Shown here piece after piece: positions 47,793 to 58,455 of a DNA stretch of 64,000 nucleotides. The notes under the pieces are model-generated. The model searched no databases. It saw only the letters and a program-made list of their open reading frames with translations, and was not told where the DNA came from. Each line of letters begins with the position of its first letter. The first letter of the stretch is position 1. The DNA lies in the IMG/VR virus record IMGVR_UViG_3300042406_002067. One strand, given 5' to 3'. This stretch comes from an uncultured virus (IMG/VR IMGVR_UViG_3300042406_002067) (lineage: Duplodnaviria; Heunggongvirae; Uroviricota; Caudoviricetes). The translations under genes and the position numbers were made by a program.

Positions 47793-48410
47793 ATGTACCA
47801 CTCCATAAACAATATTGATAAATTACTCCGCCAAAAGTATTTTGATGGAATTAAAAAAGGCTTTTTTATCGAAGCAGGTGCAAACGATGGCTTAACACAA
47901 TCAAATACCGCATTTTTTGAACAACAAATGCAATGGACCGGTATTTTGGTAGAACCAATATTCGAACAGTTTCAAGCATGTGTACGCAATAGGCATCACA
48001 ACACAATTATTGTAAACAAAGCACTTGGTGAGCACGATAATCAAAAAATAGAATTGCTTTATACTCCAGAATCAAACGGATTAATGAGCACCGTTGCCGG
48101 AATAAATACCGAAGCCGACCATCTAAAAAAAGCAGGCGAACCAGGTATCAAGCAAATATGCTATTCCATTAAATTAGATACACTTATTTTCCATTATTTG
48201 CCAATTAATCAACAAATAGATTTATTGAGCTTGGATGTGGAAGGATATGAACCACAAGCATTAAAAGGATTTGAAACCATGCGACACCGTGTAAACCATA
48301 TTTGCATAGAGGAACAATACAACCAAGCCGAAATTGAACAATTGTTGAAAAAAACACATAAAAAAGTTGAACAATTAACCGAACATGATTATATTTGGAA
48401 AATTAAATAA
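47793..48410 (+). CDS. FkbM-family methyltransferase
   Basis: FIEAGANDGLTQSNT, GILVEP, LSLDVEGYE. Confidence 0.85.
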   Translation: MYHSINNIDKLLRQKYFDGIKKGFFIEAGANDGLTQSNTAFFEQQMQWTGILVEPIFEQFQACVRNRHHNTIIVNKALGEHDNQKIELLYTPESNGLMSTVAGINTEADHLKKAGEPGIKQICYSIKLDTLIFHYLPINQQIDLLSLDVEGYEPQALKGFETMRHRVNHICIEEQYNQAEIEQLLKKTHKKVEQLTEHDYIWKIK

Positions 48411-48974
48411 CAAAATTTAACATGGATTATAGTTATTATCCTGCAATAGCAATACATACCGTATGGTTTACCGACTTACAAACGGTACAACCATACATCG
48501 ATTCTGTTTTAAAACTTGGCTACTCAATACGAGAAATTCATAAACGCAAAAAATATCGGTTTTTTGGTCAAGTGCAATACCAAGTAGAAATGATAAACAC
48601 ATTGCATGGATTAATCCATAAAAGGCAAGAATTAATTTTTCAATCCGAACAATACGAGCTTGTGCCTACAGTTGATTCAATGATTAACATGATAAAACAA
48701 AGCCAACCAGCTATAATACCATTGCCATGAACAACAAAGTAACACGTTTTCGCAATCAAATGGAAAGGCTGTATAAACAATTAAAACTGCCCAATATTTC
48801 TACCTACGAATACGTAAAATTACTTGTTGAACTCGAAAAAGTAAGTTTTCAATACATTGGCGCACTTGTAATGGATGATACTATTGATCATCTTCAATTT
48901 TTTGATTTAATTGATATACTAAATGATAATATTTCCTTTCTGAAAGAAAAAATTAGAAAGTAAACAACAAAAAA

Positions 48975-49412
48975 ATGGGAATCTGCAAAAAAGTTATGTA
49001 TGCATCCGAGCAATTGGCCAACCAGGACATTGCCCGAATAAAACAAAAAAGCACACGTGCAAAGCAGCCTACACGTGCCTACCTTTGCAATATATGCAAT
49101 ACATGGCACCTAACATCCATCCCCGACTATAAAAAACTTTACAACGATTCTCTGCAGGAAATAACCCAATTAAAATCGGGCGGATACGCAAAATCCCTCG
49201 AAATAAAATTGTACAAGCTGCAACAAAAGATGCAATCCGTTGAAAAAACATCCCAATCCGATATTGATAAAAGTTTAGCAGCCGATGCACGCATCAAAAC
49301 GCTAAACGATACCATTTCAAAGCAAGTAAAAACAATAACAAGGCTACAAAAGGACAACAGCGACCTTATAAATAAAATAACAGTTTTAAACAAAAAAACA
49401 GAACAAAAATGA
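48975..49412 (+). CDS. hypothetical protein with CxxC-H zinc motif and coiled coil
   Basis: RAYLCNICNTWHLTS. Confidence 0.6.
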   Translation: MGICKKVMYASEQLANQDIARIKQKSTRAKQPTRAYLCNICNTWHLTSIPDYKKLYNDSLQEITQLKSGGYAKSLEIKLYKLQQKMQSVEKTSQSDIDKSLAADARIKTLNDTISKQVKTITRLQKDNSDLINKITVLNKKTEQK

Positions 49413-50482
49413 AATTCAACAACCTAAACCGAGAATACAATCACTTTAAAAATTTAATTGATCCAGCAGTACAAAAAGTAATGCAAAGCGGTAAATATTT
49501 ATTTGGCGAACAAACCGAACAATTAGAACAAAACTTCCGTGGATTAACCGGTAAAATGCACGCAATTAGTGTTAAAAATGCTACCGATGCAATTACAATG
49601 GTTACAAAGTACTATTTGAGAAAAACTAATCGAATAAATATTTCTAATGGTATTATTGTTCCTGCATTTGGTGCGTATCCTACTTCAATTGCAGTTAAAA
49701 ATGCTTTGCCAAACCAATTTTTTATTGGTGCTGTAGATGTAGATGATACACTAACTATTGATACATCTAAATTATTACAGCAAAACATTAACGACAAACT
49801 TAAAAAACTTATTGTAGCAGTTGATTTATTTGGCAACGAAGCCAACATCAAAAAAATAAAACAAGATATTCCAGAATCAATTGTAATACATGATTGCGCC
49901 CAAGCAACATGCTATTATCGCGATTATAGCCTTTCCGATGTAGTTATTTTTAGCTTTTATCCTACCAAGCCACTTGCCTCAATGGGTGATGGTGGAATGA
50001 TTTGTACCGATGATCATGAACTTTCCGAATGGCTTTACAAACATCGTTTTTATGGATATGAAAAAGATGGAACAATTGAAACCGTTGGCGTAAATAGCCG
50101 AATGGACGAAATACAAGCTGCCATTTTAAATGTAAAATTCAATCATTTACCATGGATGAATCAAAAGCGCGTAGAAATTGCAAATAAATACTTGCAAGTA
50201 TTGCCATTTGGAACAAAACCAATGAAAGCAACGCAAAATTGTATTTATCACCAATTCCCACTAATGTTTATGGATGCAGAGCAAAAAAATACATTTGTTG
50301 CAGCCATGAATAGGGCAAACATACCACACATGGTCCATTATCCAAAAATGGTAATTGAATTAACAGGTGCAATTAAAAATGCAAATAATATCAGCGAACG
50401 CATAATTAGTTTACCTTGCCATACTTTTATGACACCATCCGAAATTAAAAAAGTAGTTACATTCTTAAAAAACTTTAAATAA
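49409..50482 (+). CDS. DegT/DnrJ/EryC1/StrS sugar aminotransferase (FdtB/QdtB-like)
   Basis: DCAQA, FSFYPTKPL..GDGG, NSRMDEIQAA, SLP. Confidence 0.88.
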   Translation: MKFNNLNREYNHFKNLIDPAVQKVMQSGKYLFGEQTEQLEQNFRGLTGKMHAISVKNATDAITMVTKYYLRKTNRINISNGIIVPAFGAYPTSIAVKNALPNQFFIGAVDVDDTLTIDTSKLLQQNINDKLKKLIVAVDLFGNEANIKKIKQDIPESIVIHDCAQATCYYRDYSLSDVVIFSFYPTKPLASMGDGGMICTDDHELSEWLYKHRFYGYEKDGTIETVGVNSRMDEIQAAILNVKFNHLPWMNQKRVEIANKYLQVLPFGTKPMKATQNCIYHQFPLMFMDAEQKNTFVAAMNRANIPHMVHYPKMVIELTGAIKNANNISERIISLPCHTFMTPSEIKKVVTFLKNFK

Positions 50483-50892
50483 TGAAGGTAAGATATACGC
50501 AACGCATTCAATCAGGTAAGAATTCAAATACCATTATTCATGTTTATGAACAACTACCTGCTGAATTTCAAATAAAAAGAATATTTAACGTTTTTAATAT
50601 TGATTCTCAAAAAAGAGGAAATCATGCAAATAAAAAAACAAATCAATATCTTATTTGTACGCAGGGTTGCGTTGAAGTTACATTAAGGAACAAAGATGGT
50701 ATTTTTAGAACACATATAACACCTAATGATATTGTATTTATTCCAAAATTAACATGGGTTGAATATAATTCAATTGGAATTGTAAATAGCTGCGTTACCG
50801 TTATTTGCGATCAACCATACGATGCAAATGAATATTATACCAACTACCAAGAGTTTTGTGCCGAAAATAAAATTGAACAACATGAAAGATAA
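50482..50892 (+). CDS. FdtA/QdtA-type sugar 3,4-ketoisomerase (cupin)
   Basis: IKRIF, RGNHA, C..G, CDQPYDANEY; coupled to the aminotransferase gene. Confidence 0.75.
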   Translation: MKVRYTQRIQSGKNSNTIIHVYEQLPAEFQIKRIFNVFNIDSQKRGNHANKKTNQYLICTQGCVEVTLRNKDGIFRTHITPNDIVFIPKLTWVEYNSIGIVNSCVTVICDQPYDANEYYTNYQEFCAENKIEQHER

Positions 50893-51078
50893 TTTTCTTA
50901 TACCAATATTAATGGGGCTTATTGCAAGTTGGATTATATTATGGGTAAAAGCATTAATAAAAACTATTAAATTCATGCGAACTGTTGTAAACAAAGAGCC
51001 AAACGTTCCATTTAAAAAACATTTAATAACAGGAATAATTATGTTTATTTTACTTGCATCAGGAGCATTCATTAAAAA

Positions 51079-51837
51079 ATGAAAATAGAAGCATTTATAT
51101 TGTGTTACAACGAAGAAAAAATGATTCGTTACACATTGGCCCATTATCTAAACTTTTGCGATAAAGTTACTATAATCGATAATTATAGCACCGATAATAC
51201 CATTTCAATTATTGAAAAGGAATTCCCAAAACGTGTAAGCATCATTCAATACGATTCAAACAATCAATTAAACGATTCAGCCTATACATACATCAAAAAC
51301 AATTGCTGGAAACAATCCCAAGCCGATTGGGTAATTGTTTGTGATATGGATGAATTGCTGCATTATAACAGACCAGGCGTTTCTATAATTGAGTTTCTAA
51401 AAGCATTTAGCGATTGCCCTTTAATTATGCCATACGGCTATAATATGTTTTCAGAAACATTTCCAGAAGAATATTCGAAGCCCATTACATCAATTATTAA
51501 AAAAGGCGTATATGCTAAAAATTTCGAAAAGCAAATTCTATTTCAACCAAAAATGCTGGAAGAAATAAACTACGGACCAGGAGCACACTATTGCAATCCT
51601 TTGTTAAAGGATCAATCAAACGGTAATTTTTCCTTCCGTAGCGAACATTTAAAACTCCTGCATTACAAATACATTGGAATCGATTACCTTATTCAAAAAC
51701 ACGAACAATATGCCAACAGGTTAAGCGACTACAATAAAGTAAACCATTTTGGAGCTGAATACATAAAAGGCAAACAACATGTAATTGATTGCTTTAATGA
51801 AATTAAAAACAGTAATAAACTTATTGATGTAATATAA
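51079..51837 (+). CDS. family 2 glycosyltransferase
   Basis: CYNEE, IDNYSTDNT, VCDMDE, LLHYKY. Confidence 0.8.
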   Translation: MKIEAFILCYNEEKMIRYTLAHYLNFCDKVTIIDNYSTDNTISIIEKEFPKRVSIIQYDSNNQLNDSAYTYIKNNCWKQSQADWVIVCDMDELLHYNRPGVSIIEFLKAFSDCPLIMPYGYNMFSETFPEEYSKPITSIIKKGVYAKNFEKQILFQPKMLEEINYGPGAHYCNPLLKDQSNGNFSFRSEHLKLLHYKYIGIDYLIQKHEQYANRLSDYNKVNHFGAEYIKGKQHVIDCFNEIKNSNKLIDVI

Positions 51838-52320
51838 TGGATGTACAATTCGAACGCAATATAGTAAACTATAAAGAAGAATGGCTTACACCTCCTTCCT
51901 TAATCCATAAACTTGGAAAATTTGATTTAGATCCATGTGCACCAATTAATCGACCATGGGATACAGCAACCTCATATTTTACCATTAATGACGATGGATT
52001 GCAGCAAAATTGGGGGGGGGGGGCAGCGCGTTTGGTGCAATCCTCCATACGGTAAAAAAACGCATTTATGGCTTCGCAAATGTGCCGAACATGGCAACGC
52101 AATTGCACTCGTTTTTGCTCGAACAGAAACAAAAATGTTTTTTGATCATGTATGGAATAGTGCAAATGCTATCTGTTTTATTGAAAAAAGAATCCAATTT
52201 TATACCGTTGATGGAATAAAAAAAGGTTCTGCAGGAGCACCTAGCGTATTAATTGCTTACGGTAAAAACAACATACAACCATTAATAGATAGTAAACTAG
52301 GTAAGGTAATTTTATTATAA
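51837..52320 (+). pseudogene. phage Dam-like DNA N6-adenine methyltransferase, frameshifted at a G12 tract (52012-52023)
   Basis: EWLTP..FDLDPCA..DGLQQNW in one frame; RVWCNPPY..LVFARTET..RIQF in another; G11 restores the frame. Confidence 0.8.
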
Positions 52321-52975
52321 GCAATAGCATGTTAATAACTTAAATAAAATAAATTTTAAAAATATCTTGCACAACTAAAAAATTAATTCAATCTTTGCCA
52401 TCCAATTAAGTTTAAGCGTATGAACCTATATATAGACAAATCAAAAAACGAGCAAGGAGAGCAGGAGTTTTCTATCCATGGTTTATCACCAAGACAATTA
52501 GATGCAATTCAGTTTTTGTTAAAACGATCGATGCGCGTTGGTCCATATAGAAGAATGGTTAGAACAGGCATAGTGCATGAAAGTATAATCAAAGGTTTAA
52601 ACACAATCAAAGATTTTAATCCTAATGCTTAGTAAAATTAAAATCAAAAAGCTAACCGAAAGCGATATGCAAGCATTGTGTATCGTTTTTCAACCTGCAA
52701 TTGATTTTGTTCCTACTAATCAAACCGATCCACTAAATTGCGTATATGCAATTGTAGCTGGTTTATATAAATCAATCGAATCCAAAATACAATCATTTTA
52801 CCTCAATCCTGGTAAAAAATACTCATTAAAATTATCTACAGCGGATTGTTTCGCAGTACAAACATATTTATCACAACATAAAACATCCAATCCTCACACA
52901 ATGGCTGTTTTATCCAATTTTAATACAAGTATTAACCAACAACTAATCTCAATCACTCCCATGAAAAAATACTAA

Positions 52976-53395
52976 GCCAAAACCAAACCATTCGGCTTAG
53001 TTGTTCGCGACAAATAAGCAGTCTTAATTTTCATACCTTCGGCAAAAACAACCTTTTTGCACCGAGCCAAAAAACTATTGCCTAAATTTTATTTTTTACA
53101 AAATTCCATGTTAATCTGTTAGGGGTGTACCTCGAAAATTATTTTTGTAAAAAATGTTCTAATGTTCTATGTTCTAAAATACACAGTACTTAAATGTACT
53201 AAATGTTAGGAGAGCCGCCAAAAGGTCCAATTTATGTAATTAAACCATTGAAAATTAAACAATTAAGCCGACAAATTAAAACGCAAATCTTTAAAATATT
53301 GCCAAAAAATGCAGAATATTAAACAAAAAGGTACAAATTCATAACGAATTGTACAAAAACAAACAAAATTGTAAATAAATTAAACTACTCTAAAA
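52976..53395. other. longest non-coding gap; contains short ATGTTCTA-type repeats (possible origin/regulatory region)
   Basis: No credible ORF; ATGTTCTA x3 at 53154-53176 plus AAATGTACTA and AAATGTTA. Confidence 0.35.
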
Positions 53396-54031
53396 ATGGA
53401 AAAAAAACGAAAACAATTTCATGGACTTGCCGACAAGGTAAACTGTACTTTCTGGTGGATAATTTACTTGGATCCACAAAATCCACAAAACAATGCGCAG
53501 GAAATTCAAGGCTATTCAAAATTTCAAAACTATGACGAAGCCAAAGATAAAGAAGATGTATTAATGGCAAAGTGCGAAATGCTCTACAAAAATGGATATT
53601 TAAACCGAGCAACACACATCGAAATTTACCAACGCAAAGCACCAATTGCATCAAAGCAGGAAGATCCATTAATCATTACACTTTATCATAATGATTACCG
53701 GTTATCCGATTATTACCTAAAAAACATTAATTGGCGTATCCGTAAATTCCTCCAAAACTTTTACGATGCAATTAATGGCGGAAGGCCGGCACTTGGACTT
53801 CGCCCATTAAAAGATAAAGAAAAAGCTGCAATAGATGATTTTGATATAAACAATTACAATTTCAAAACCTACGGACAACTTTATACACAAGCCGACAAAT
53901 TAATAAGCCTTGGAAATCCTCCAGGTAGGGTACAAGCATTTATTGCAGAATACATTCGAAAAAAATTCGATAACAAATCACAGGAACAATTAGTGCAAAT
54001 GTTTGTTAATAGCAAAAAAAACACAAAATAA
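53396..54031 (+). CDS. hypothetical protein
   Basis: 211-aa ORF after the long gap. Confidence 0.7.
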   Translation: MEKKRKQFHGLADKVNCTFWWIIYLDPQNPQNNAQEIQGYSKFQNYDEAKDKEDVLMAKCEMLYKNGYLNRATHIEIYQRKAPIASKQEDPLIITLYHNDYRLSDYYLKNINWRIRKFLQNFYDAINGGRPALGLRPLKDKEKAAIDDFDINNYNFKTYGQLYTQADKLISLGNPPGRVQAFIAEYIRKKFDNKSQEQLVQMFVNSKKNTK

Positions 54032-54093
54032 ATTTGCACAATACAAACTTATTGTATAATATTGCCAATAAATTAACTAAAATTCAATAAAAA

Positions 54094-54915
54094 ATGAAAA
54101 TTACACTCGCTCAAAAAGCCGAAAAATTTGCTTACGATAAGCATAAAGGCTTGTATGGAACAAAACCATACACACATCACCTAAAAATGGTTATAGATGA
54201 ATTATTTGAAGTAATTCATTTAATCCCAATGCAACATCAAGATGCCGTTATTGCTGCAGCATGGTTGCACGATATTATGGAAGATGAAAAAATCAATAAT
54301 GCTGTTTTGGAGGACGAATTTGGAAAAGAAGTAGCAGAACTTGTTTGGTTGCTTACAAACCATACCGGTAAACGAGCTTCACCAGAATACTACGAAAAAT
54401 TAAAATCCGATCCATATGCAACCATCATTAAATTGTGCGACCGCATTGCAAATGTAAAATATTCACTTGAAGGTAAAGAAAGAATCCCTTTACGTGAATC
54501 TTTTGTGCCAAAGATAGAAGAACAAAAGCAATGCAAAGAAAAATTTGCTATGTACAAATCCGAAAACGATGTTTTTGTAGCGCAATTAAATAAAATCAAT
54601 TGGATTCAAAACTCTAAATTGGATTCCGAATCCGATTATGATGCTGTTTCTTTGGCAATATCAACACTTTCCTTAAAATTGGTCCACTTGTTTAATCAAC
54701 CACAATTAACAACCCAAAACGTTCGTAAATTAGATATTACAGTTAAATTTTTCGATCATGGAAGTTCTTCCGTGGCACCAAATCTTAACGAAAACGATTT
54801 TACTACAAATGAAATTATGGACGCATTAAAATTAATTGTTATTTCTTTTAGTGGCATTATTTCAGAACAAATATCAAAACAAAAAAATAAAGAAAATGAG
54901 CACACAGCCAATTAA
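54094..54915 (+). CDS. HD-domain protein, small alarmone hydrolase (Mesh1/SpoT-HD)-like
   Basis: H.G..YGTKPYTHHL, AAWLHDIMED, FG.EVA.LV..LT, IKLCDRIAN. Confidence 0.75.
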   Translation: MKITLAQKAEKFAYDKHKGLYGTKPYTHHLKMVIDELFEVIHLIPMQHQDAVIAAAWLHDIMEDEKINNAVLEDEFGKEVAELVWLLTNHTGKRASPEYYEKLKSDPYATIIKLCDRIANVKYSLEGKERIPLRESFVPKIEEQKQCKEKFAMYKSENDVFVAQLNKINWIQNSKLDSESDYDAVSLAISTLSLKLVHLFNQPQLTTQNVRKLDITVKFFDHGSSSVAPNLNENDFTTNEIMDALKLIVISFSGIISEQISKQKNKENEHTAN

Positions 54916-55205
54916 ACCCGAAGAAAAACTACCAATATTCAAGCAATTTGATATTCTAAAGTTTGTATCCGAATTTTTTATAAAAAACAAACCACGTGAG
55001 CCACATTTAAAAAAAATGCACCTTCGTGCCGACAAAATTTCATCCCTAATTAAAGGTTATGGTGGAATGAGCGCACGCGACTTTGCACGTTTTTGTGCAA
55101 TTGCAGGTTGGAAAATTATCGACCAGGAAGGAAACACCATTATCGGTAATCCCGAAAACATCCAAAAAGAAGTATCAGATAATACACCACCAAAAGCAGG
55201 CTACG

Positions 55206-56045
55206 ATGGTAATATTTAAAATTGATCCACCCAATACCGGTAGGTTAGGCAATCAATTGTTTCAAATTGCAGCTACATTATCACATGCAGCCAATGTAAA
55301 CGATGCAGCCCAATTTACCACATGGGAATACAATAAATACTTTATCAATCCAATTGATGATAATTTGGATACAACATACGATTGCAAATTTAATGGCATA
55401 ATGCATAATCCATTGCTTGCCCTGCAATTCGAATACAAACCATTACCATTGGAAAAAAATGTAATTTTACATGGATTTTTTCAGTCCGAAAAGTATTTTA
55501 TTGAAAACAAAGATTTGATTATCAGGCACTTTATGCCAAAAAACGAATTTTTGCGTGTGGTCCGCAATGCAGGATCGGAATTTTTGAATTTACAAAATAC
55601 CGTAGCAATTCATGTTCGCAGAGGCGATTATTTACAAAAGCCCGATTGCCATCCACCGCTATCCGAAACCGATTATTACAATAGAGCAATCATAAAGCTA
55701 TTAAGTTATAAAGATTTTGAATTTCCTGTAAAGTCAATAGTTAATTTTATTGTATTTTCAGATGATATTGAGTGGTGCAAACAAAACATAACCGTTCCGG
55801 ACGATATTTGCAAGCTCCATTTTGTATCTGGAAACTCCGATATTGTGGATTTGTTTTTAATGGCCCAATGCAAAAGCCACATAATTGCAAACAGTAGTTT
55901 TAGTTGGTGGGCTGCATGGTTTGCCAAAAACATGTTTTTTCATAACCAATACGGAATCACAATTGCACCAAACCAATGGTTCGGGCCACAACTAAACCAT
56001 TACAACACACAGGATTTAATTCCTGCAGATTGGATTAAAATTTAG
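55206..56045 (+). CDS. family 11 alpha-1,2-fucosyltransferase
   Basis: GRLGNQLFQ, GFFQSEKYF, IHVRRGDY, FSDDIEWC, IIANSSFSWWAAW. Confidence 0.9.
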   Translation: MVIFKIDPPNTGRLGNQLFQIAATLSHAANVNDAAQFTTWEYNKYFINPIDDNLDTTYDCKFNGIMHNPLLALQFEYKPLPLEKNVILHGFFQSEKYFIENKDLIIRHFMPKNEFLRVVRNAGSEFLNLQNTVAIHVRRGDYLQKPDCHPPLSETDYYNRAIIKLLSYKDFEFPVKSIVNFIVFSDDIEWCKQNITVPDDICKLHFVSGNSDIVDLFLMAQCKSHIIANSSFSWWAAWFAKNMFFHNQYGITIAPNQWFGPQLNHYNTQDLIPADWIKI

Positions 56046-56058
56046 AAATAACAAAAAA

Positions 56059-56229
56059 ATGGTAACAGATGAAACAATAATGCCTTGGGGTGCTCATAAA
56101 GGCAAAAAAATGGCAAACGTACCGGATCATTATTTAAAATGGTTGTACGAAAACAATAAATGCTCACCCGATATTAAAGCATATATCGAAGATAACGCAC
56201 AATTACTAAAAATACAAATCAAAAAATAA
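56059..56229 (+). CDS. DUF3820-like small protein (not in ORF track)
   Basis: MPWGAHKGKKMANVPDHYLKWLYE. Confidence 0.7.
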   Translation: MVTDETIMPWGAHKGKKMANVPDHYLKWLYENNKCSPDIKAYIEDNAQLLKIQIKK

Positions 56230-56230
56230 C

Positions 56231-57433
56231 ATGAACCAAATTTTCAACCTACAAAAAGCGGATTACGCAATCCGCTACGCACAAGTACTTAATCCCGATC
56301 CATCAAAAGTACACGTATTATTCATTGCATGTTATGCAAACGGAACAGGCTTGTATTCAAGCATTATTCCTGCCATGGAGTTAAATAAAACAAGCACCCA
56401 CCAAGCAATTGTAAACCAAATAGAGGAACCCACTCCGCAAAAGCAATCGAACGGATTCGATGTTCAAATAAACGATTCAATACTTATGTGGGCCGATTAC
56501 ATCATGTTCAACACATCATTCCATGATTTACAAGCCGATATTAAAAACATTAAAGAAACAAACAAAAAGCCAAACCTAAAGTTTGGAATGCATATAGATG
56601 ATAATTATCATATTTCAATGCATGGCGAAAATGCCCAAGCTGCCGAAAAAAGACGATCACAATTACTCATAAACCTAGCAGCAGTTGATATTGTTACCAG
56701 CCCAAGCGTGGAGCTTATCGATTATTATGCAAACCTTTTAACCCAAAATGGTTATGATTTGCCACAATTTCAATTCCTTCCAAACCTTATGAGCAACGAT
56801 TATTATGTTGCCGATGGCGTAACAATTACCGAACCCAAGCCACCAAAGCTACAAATAGGAATGCAACTTAACCCAACGCAGTTTTTGGACCTTGCTCCAA
56901 TGCGCAAAGTAATGTTGGAAATACTTAAAAAGTATTCCGACAAAGTAGAATTTGTGCTATTTGGTTGGGATGGAGTAAAAGCCAAAGTAAACGCACTCCA
57001 AGGCGTAAAATTTAAGCATGTAAAAACAGTAAGCATTCAGCAATATTTCAAAACATTGGCAAATTTGCGCCTGGATTTTGTATTAATGCCGTTGCTCGAT
57101 AATGAATTTAATCGATGCAAAAGCCATCACAAACTATTGCAATATGCACAATTGGGCATTCCTGCCATTGTAAGCAACGTAAAACCATATACCGATATTA
57201 TTGCAAAGCAAGGCGAAACAATTTACGCACCAGGCAAAATACCTGCAGTAAAATGCAACAACAATCCAGACGATTGGATTGCAAAAATAGAGTTTATGAT
57301 CAGCAATGAAGGAGCACGTAAAAAGATGGCGGAAGGAGCAAATTTAGCGGTCCAACAATTATATACTTGGCATACAAATACCGACTTGTTACTAGATATT
57401 TTTCCTAAAGTTTTGGAAAACCCAAAAAAATAA
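56231..57433 (+). CDS. GT-B fold glycosyltransferase (GT4-like)
   Basis: IDDNY, PLLDNEFNRCKS..KLLQYAQLGIPAIVSNVKPY. Confidence 0.75.
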   Translation: MNQIFNLQKADYAIRYAQVLNPDPSKVHVLFIACYANGTGLYSSIIPAMELNKTSTHQAIVNQIEEPTPQKQSNGFDVQINDSILMWADYIMFNTSFHDLQADIKNIKETNKKPNLKFGMHIDDNYHISMHGENAQAAEKRRSQLLINLAAVDIVTSPSVELIDYYANLLTQNGYDLPQFQFLPNLMSNDYYVADGVTITEPKPPKLQIGMQLNPTQFLDLAPMRKVMLEILKKYSDKVEFVLFGWDGVKAKVNALQGVKFKHVKTVSIQQYFKTLANLRLDFVLMPLLDNEFNRCKSHHKLLQYAQLGIPAIVSNVKPYTDIIAKQGETIYAPGKIPAVKCNNNPDDWIAKIEFMISNEGARKKMAEGANLAVQQLYTWHTNTDLLLDIFPKVLENPKK

Positions 57434-57688
57434 TAAGATTGAAAATCAACAAGTTAGCAAAATAATAAGAAAAAAAGCAAAAATAAATTTGCAAAACACA
57501 AAAAAGCAAAGTAGTTTAGCACCGTAATCAAAAATAAAAAAAAATGGAAGCATTCGGAAAACAAAAAGTATCAAAAGTATTGCCACTAATTAAATTAGTT
57601 GCAGCACAAAACAATTTACAAATAAACAGATTGCAGCAATTCAAAATTGCAGCAGCATTAGCAAAAAAACAATTCAAAAATTAATCTT

Positions 57689-57988
57689 ATGAAAATATAC
57701 ATATCAGGTAAAATTACAGGCCTAACACATCCACAAGCCGAAGGTTTATTCAAGTTGGCCGAAACACAATTAAAAGGAATGTATCCAGGTTGCGAAACAG
57801 TTAATCCAATGAAAATAAATCATGATCATGATAAATCATGGGAAAACTACATGCGTGCCGATTTAAAAGAAATGCTAAATTGCGATTCAATTTACATGCT
57901 CAATAATTGGCAACAATCAAAAGGTGCAATTGTAGAATATACACTTGCAAAAGGATTAAACTTCAAAATTATACACCAAGCAAAATAA
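57689..57988 (+). CDS. DUF4406 / nucleoside deoxyribosyltransferase-like protein
   Basis: KIYISGKITG, NP, CDSIYMLNNWQQSKGA..E. Confidence 0.8.
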   Translation: MKIYISGKITGLTHPQAEGLFKLAETQLKGMYPGCETVNPMKINHDHDKSWENYMRADLKEMLNCDSIYMLNNWQQSKGAIVEYTLAKGLNFKIIHQAK

Positions 57989-57996
57989 AAAGCACA

Positions 57997-58443
57997 ATGA
58001 ATATAGAAAACACATCCGAAATCCCAAAATTAAACATACCAACAGGTGAATTAAAAGAAGGCGTTACCGAAACCAACGGAATGCGCCAGGAAGTAAAAGT
58101 GGTGGAAGAAATCACATACGGAGTTACCGAGGAACGTATAAAAGTAGATTTATCACCATTCAAGCATGTAGCATGTTTATTTACAAAACAAGCAGTAGCC
58201 ATTGTAAACAAAATACAGGATTGCTACGAAGTAAAAAAAGGACTTTGGCACTATGTTCCACGTAATGTAAATAACCCAGAGCCACACGAAGCACCATTTT
58301 TTATGGAATTCTATTGCATAGACGATAAAAAAGAGTTAAAACGATTCACCAATGCCATTAAAAAGTACTTTCCCGATAGAATTGTAAATTGGGAACCTAT
58401 TGATGAAGAATACATTGCAGAGCAAAAAAAGTTAAACCAATAA
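57997..58443 (+). CDS. hypothetical protein
   Basis: ATG 57997 preferred. Confidence 0.6.
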   Translation: MNIENTSEIPKLNIPTGELKEGVTETNGMRQEVKVVEEITYGVTEERIKVDLSPFKHVACLFTKQAVAIVNKIQDCYEVKKGLWHYVPRNVNNPEPHEAPFFMEFYCIDDKKELKRFTNAIKKYFPDRIVNWEPIDEEYIAEQKKLNQ

Positions 58444-58455
58444 AACCCATTCAAT

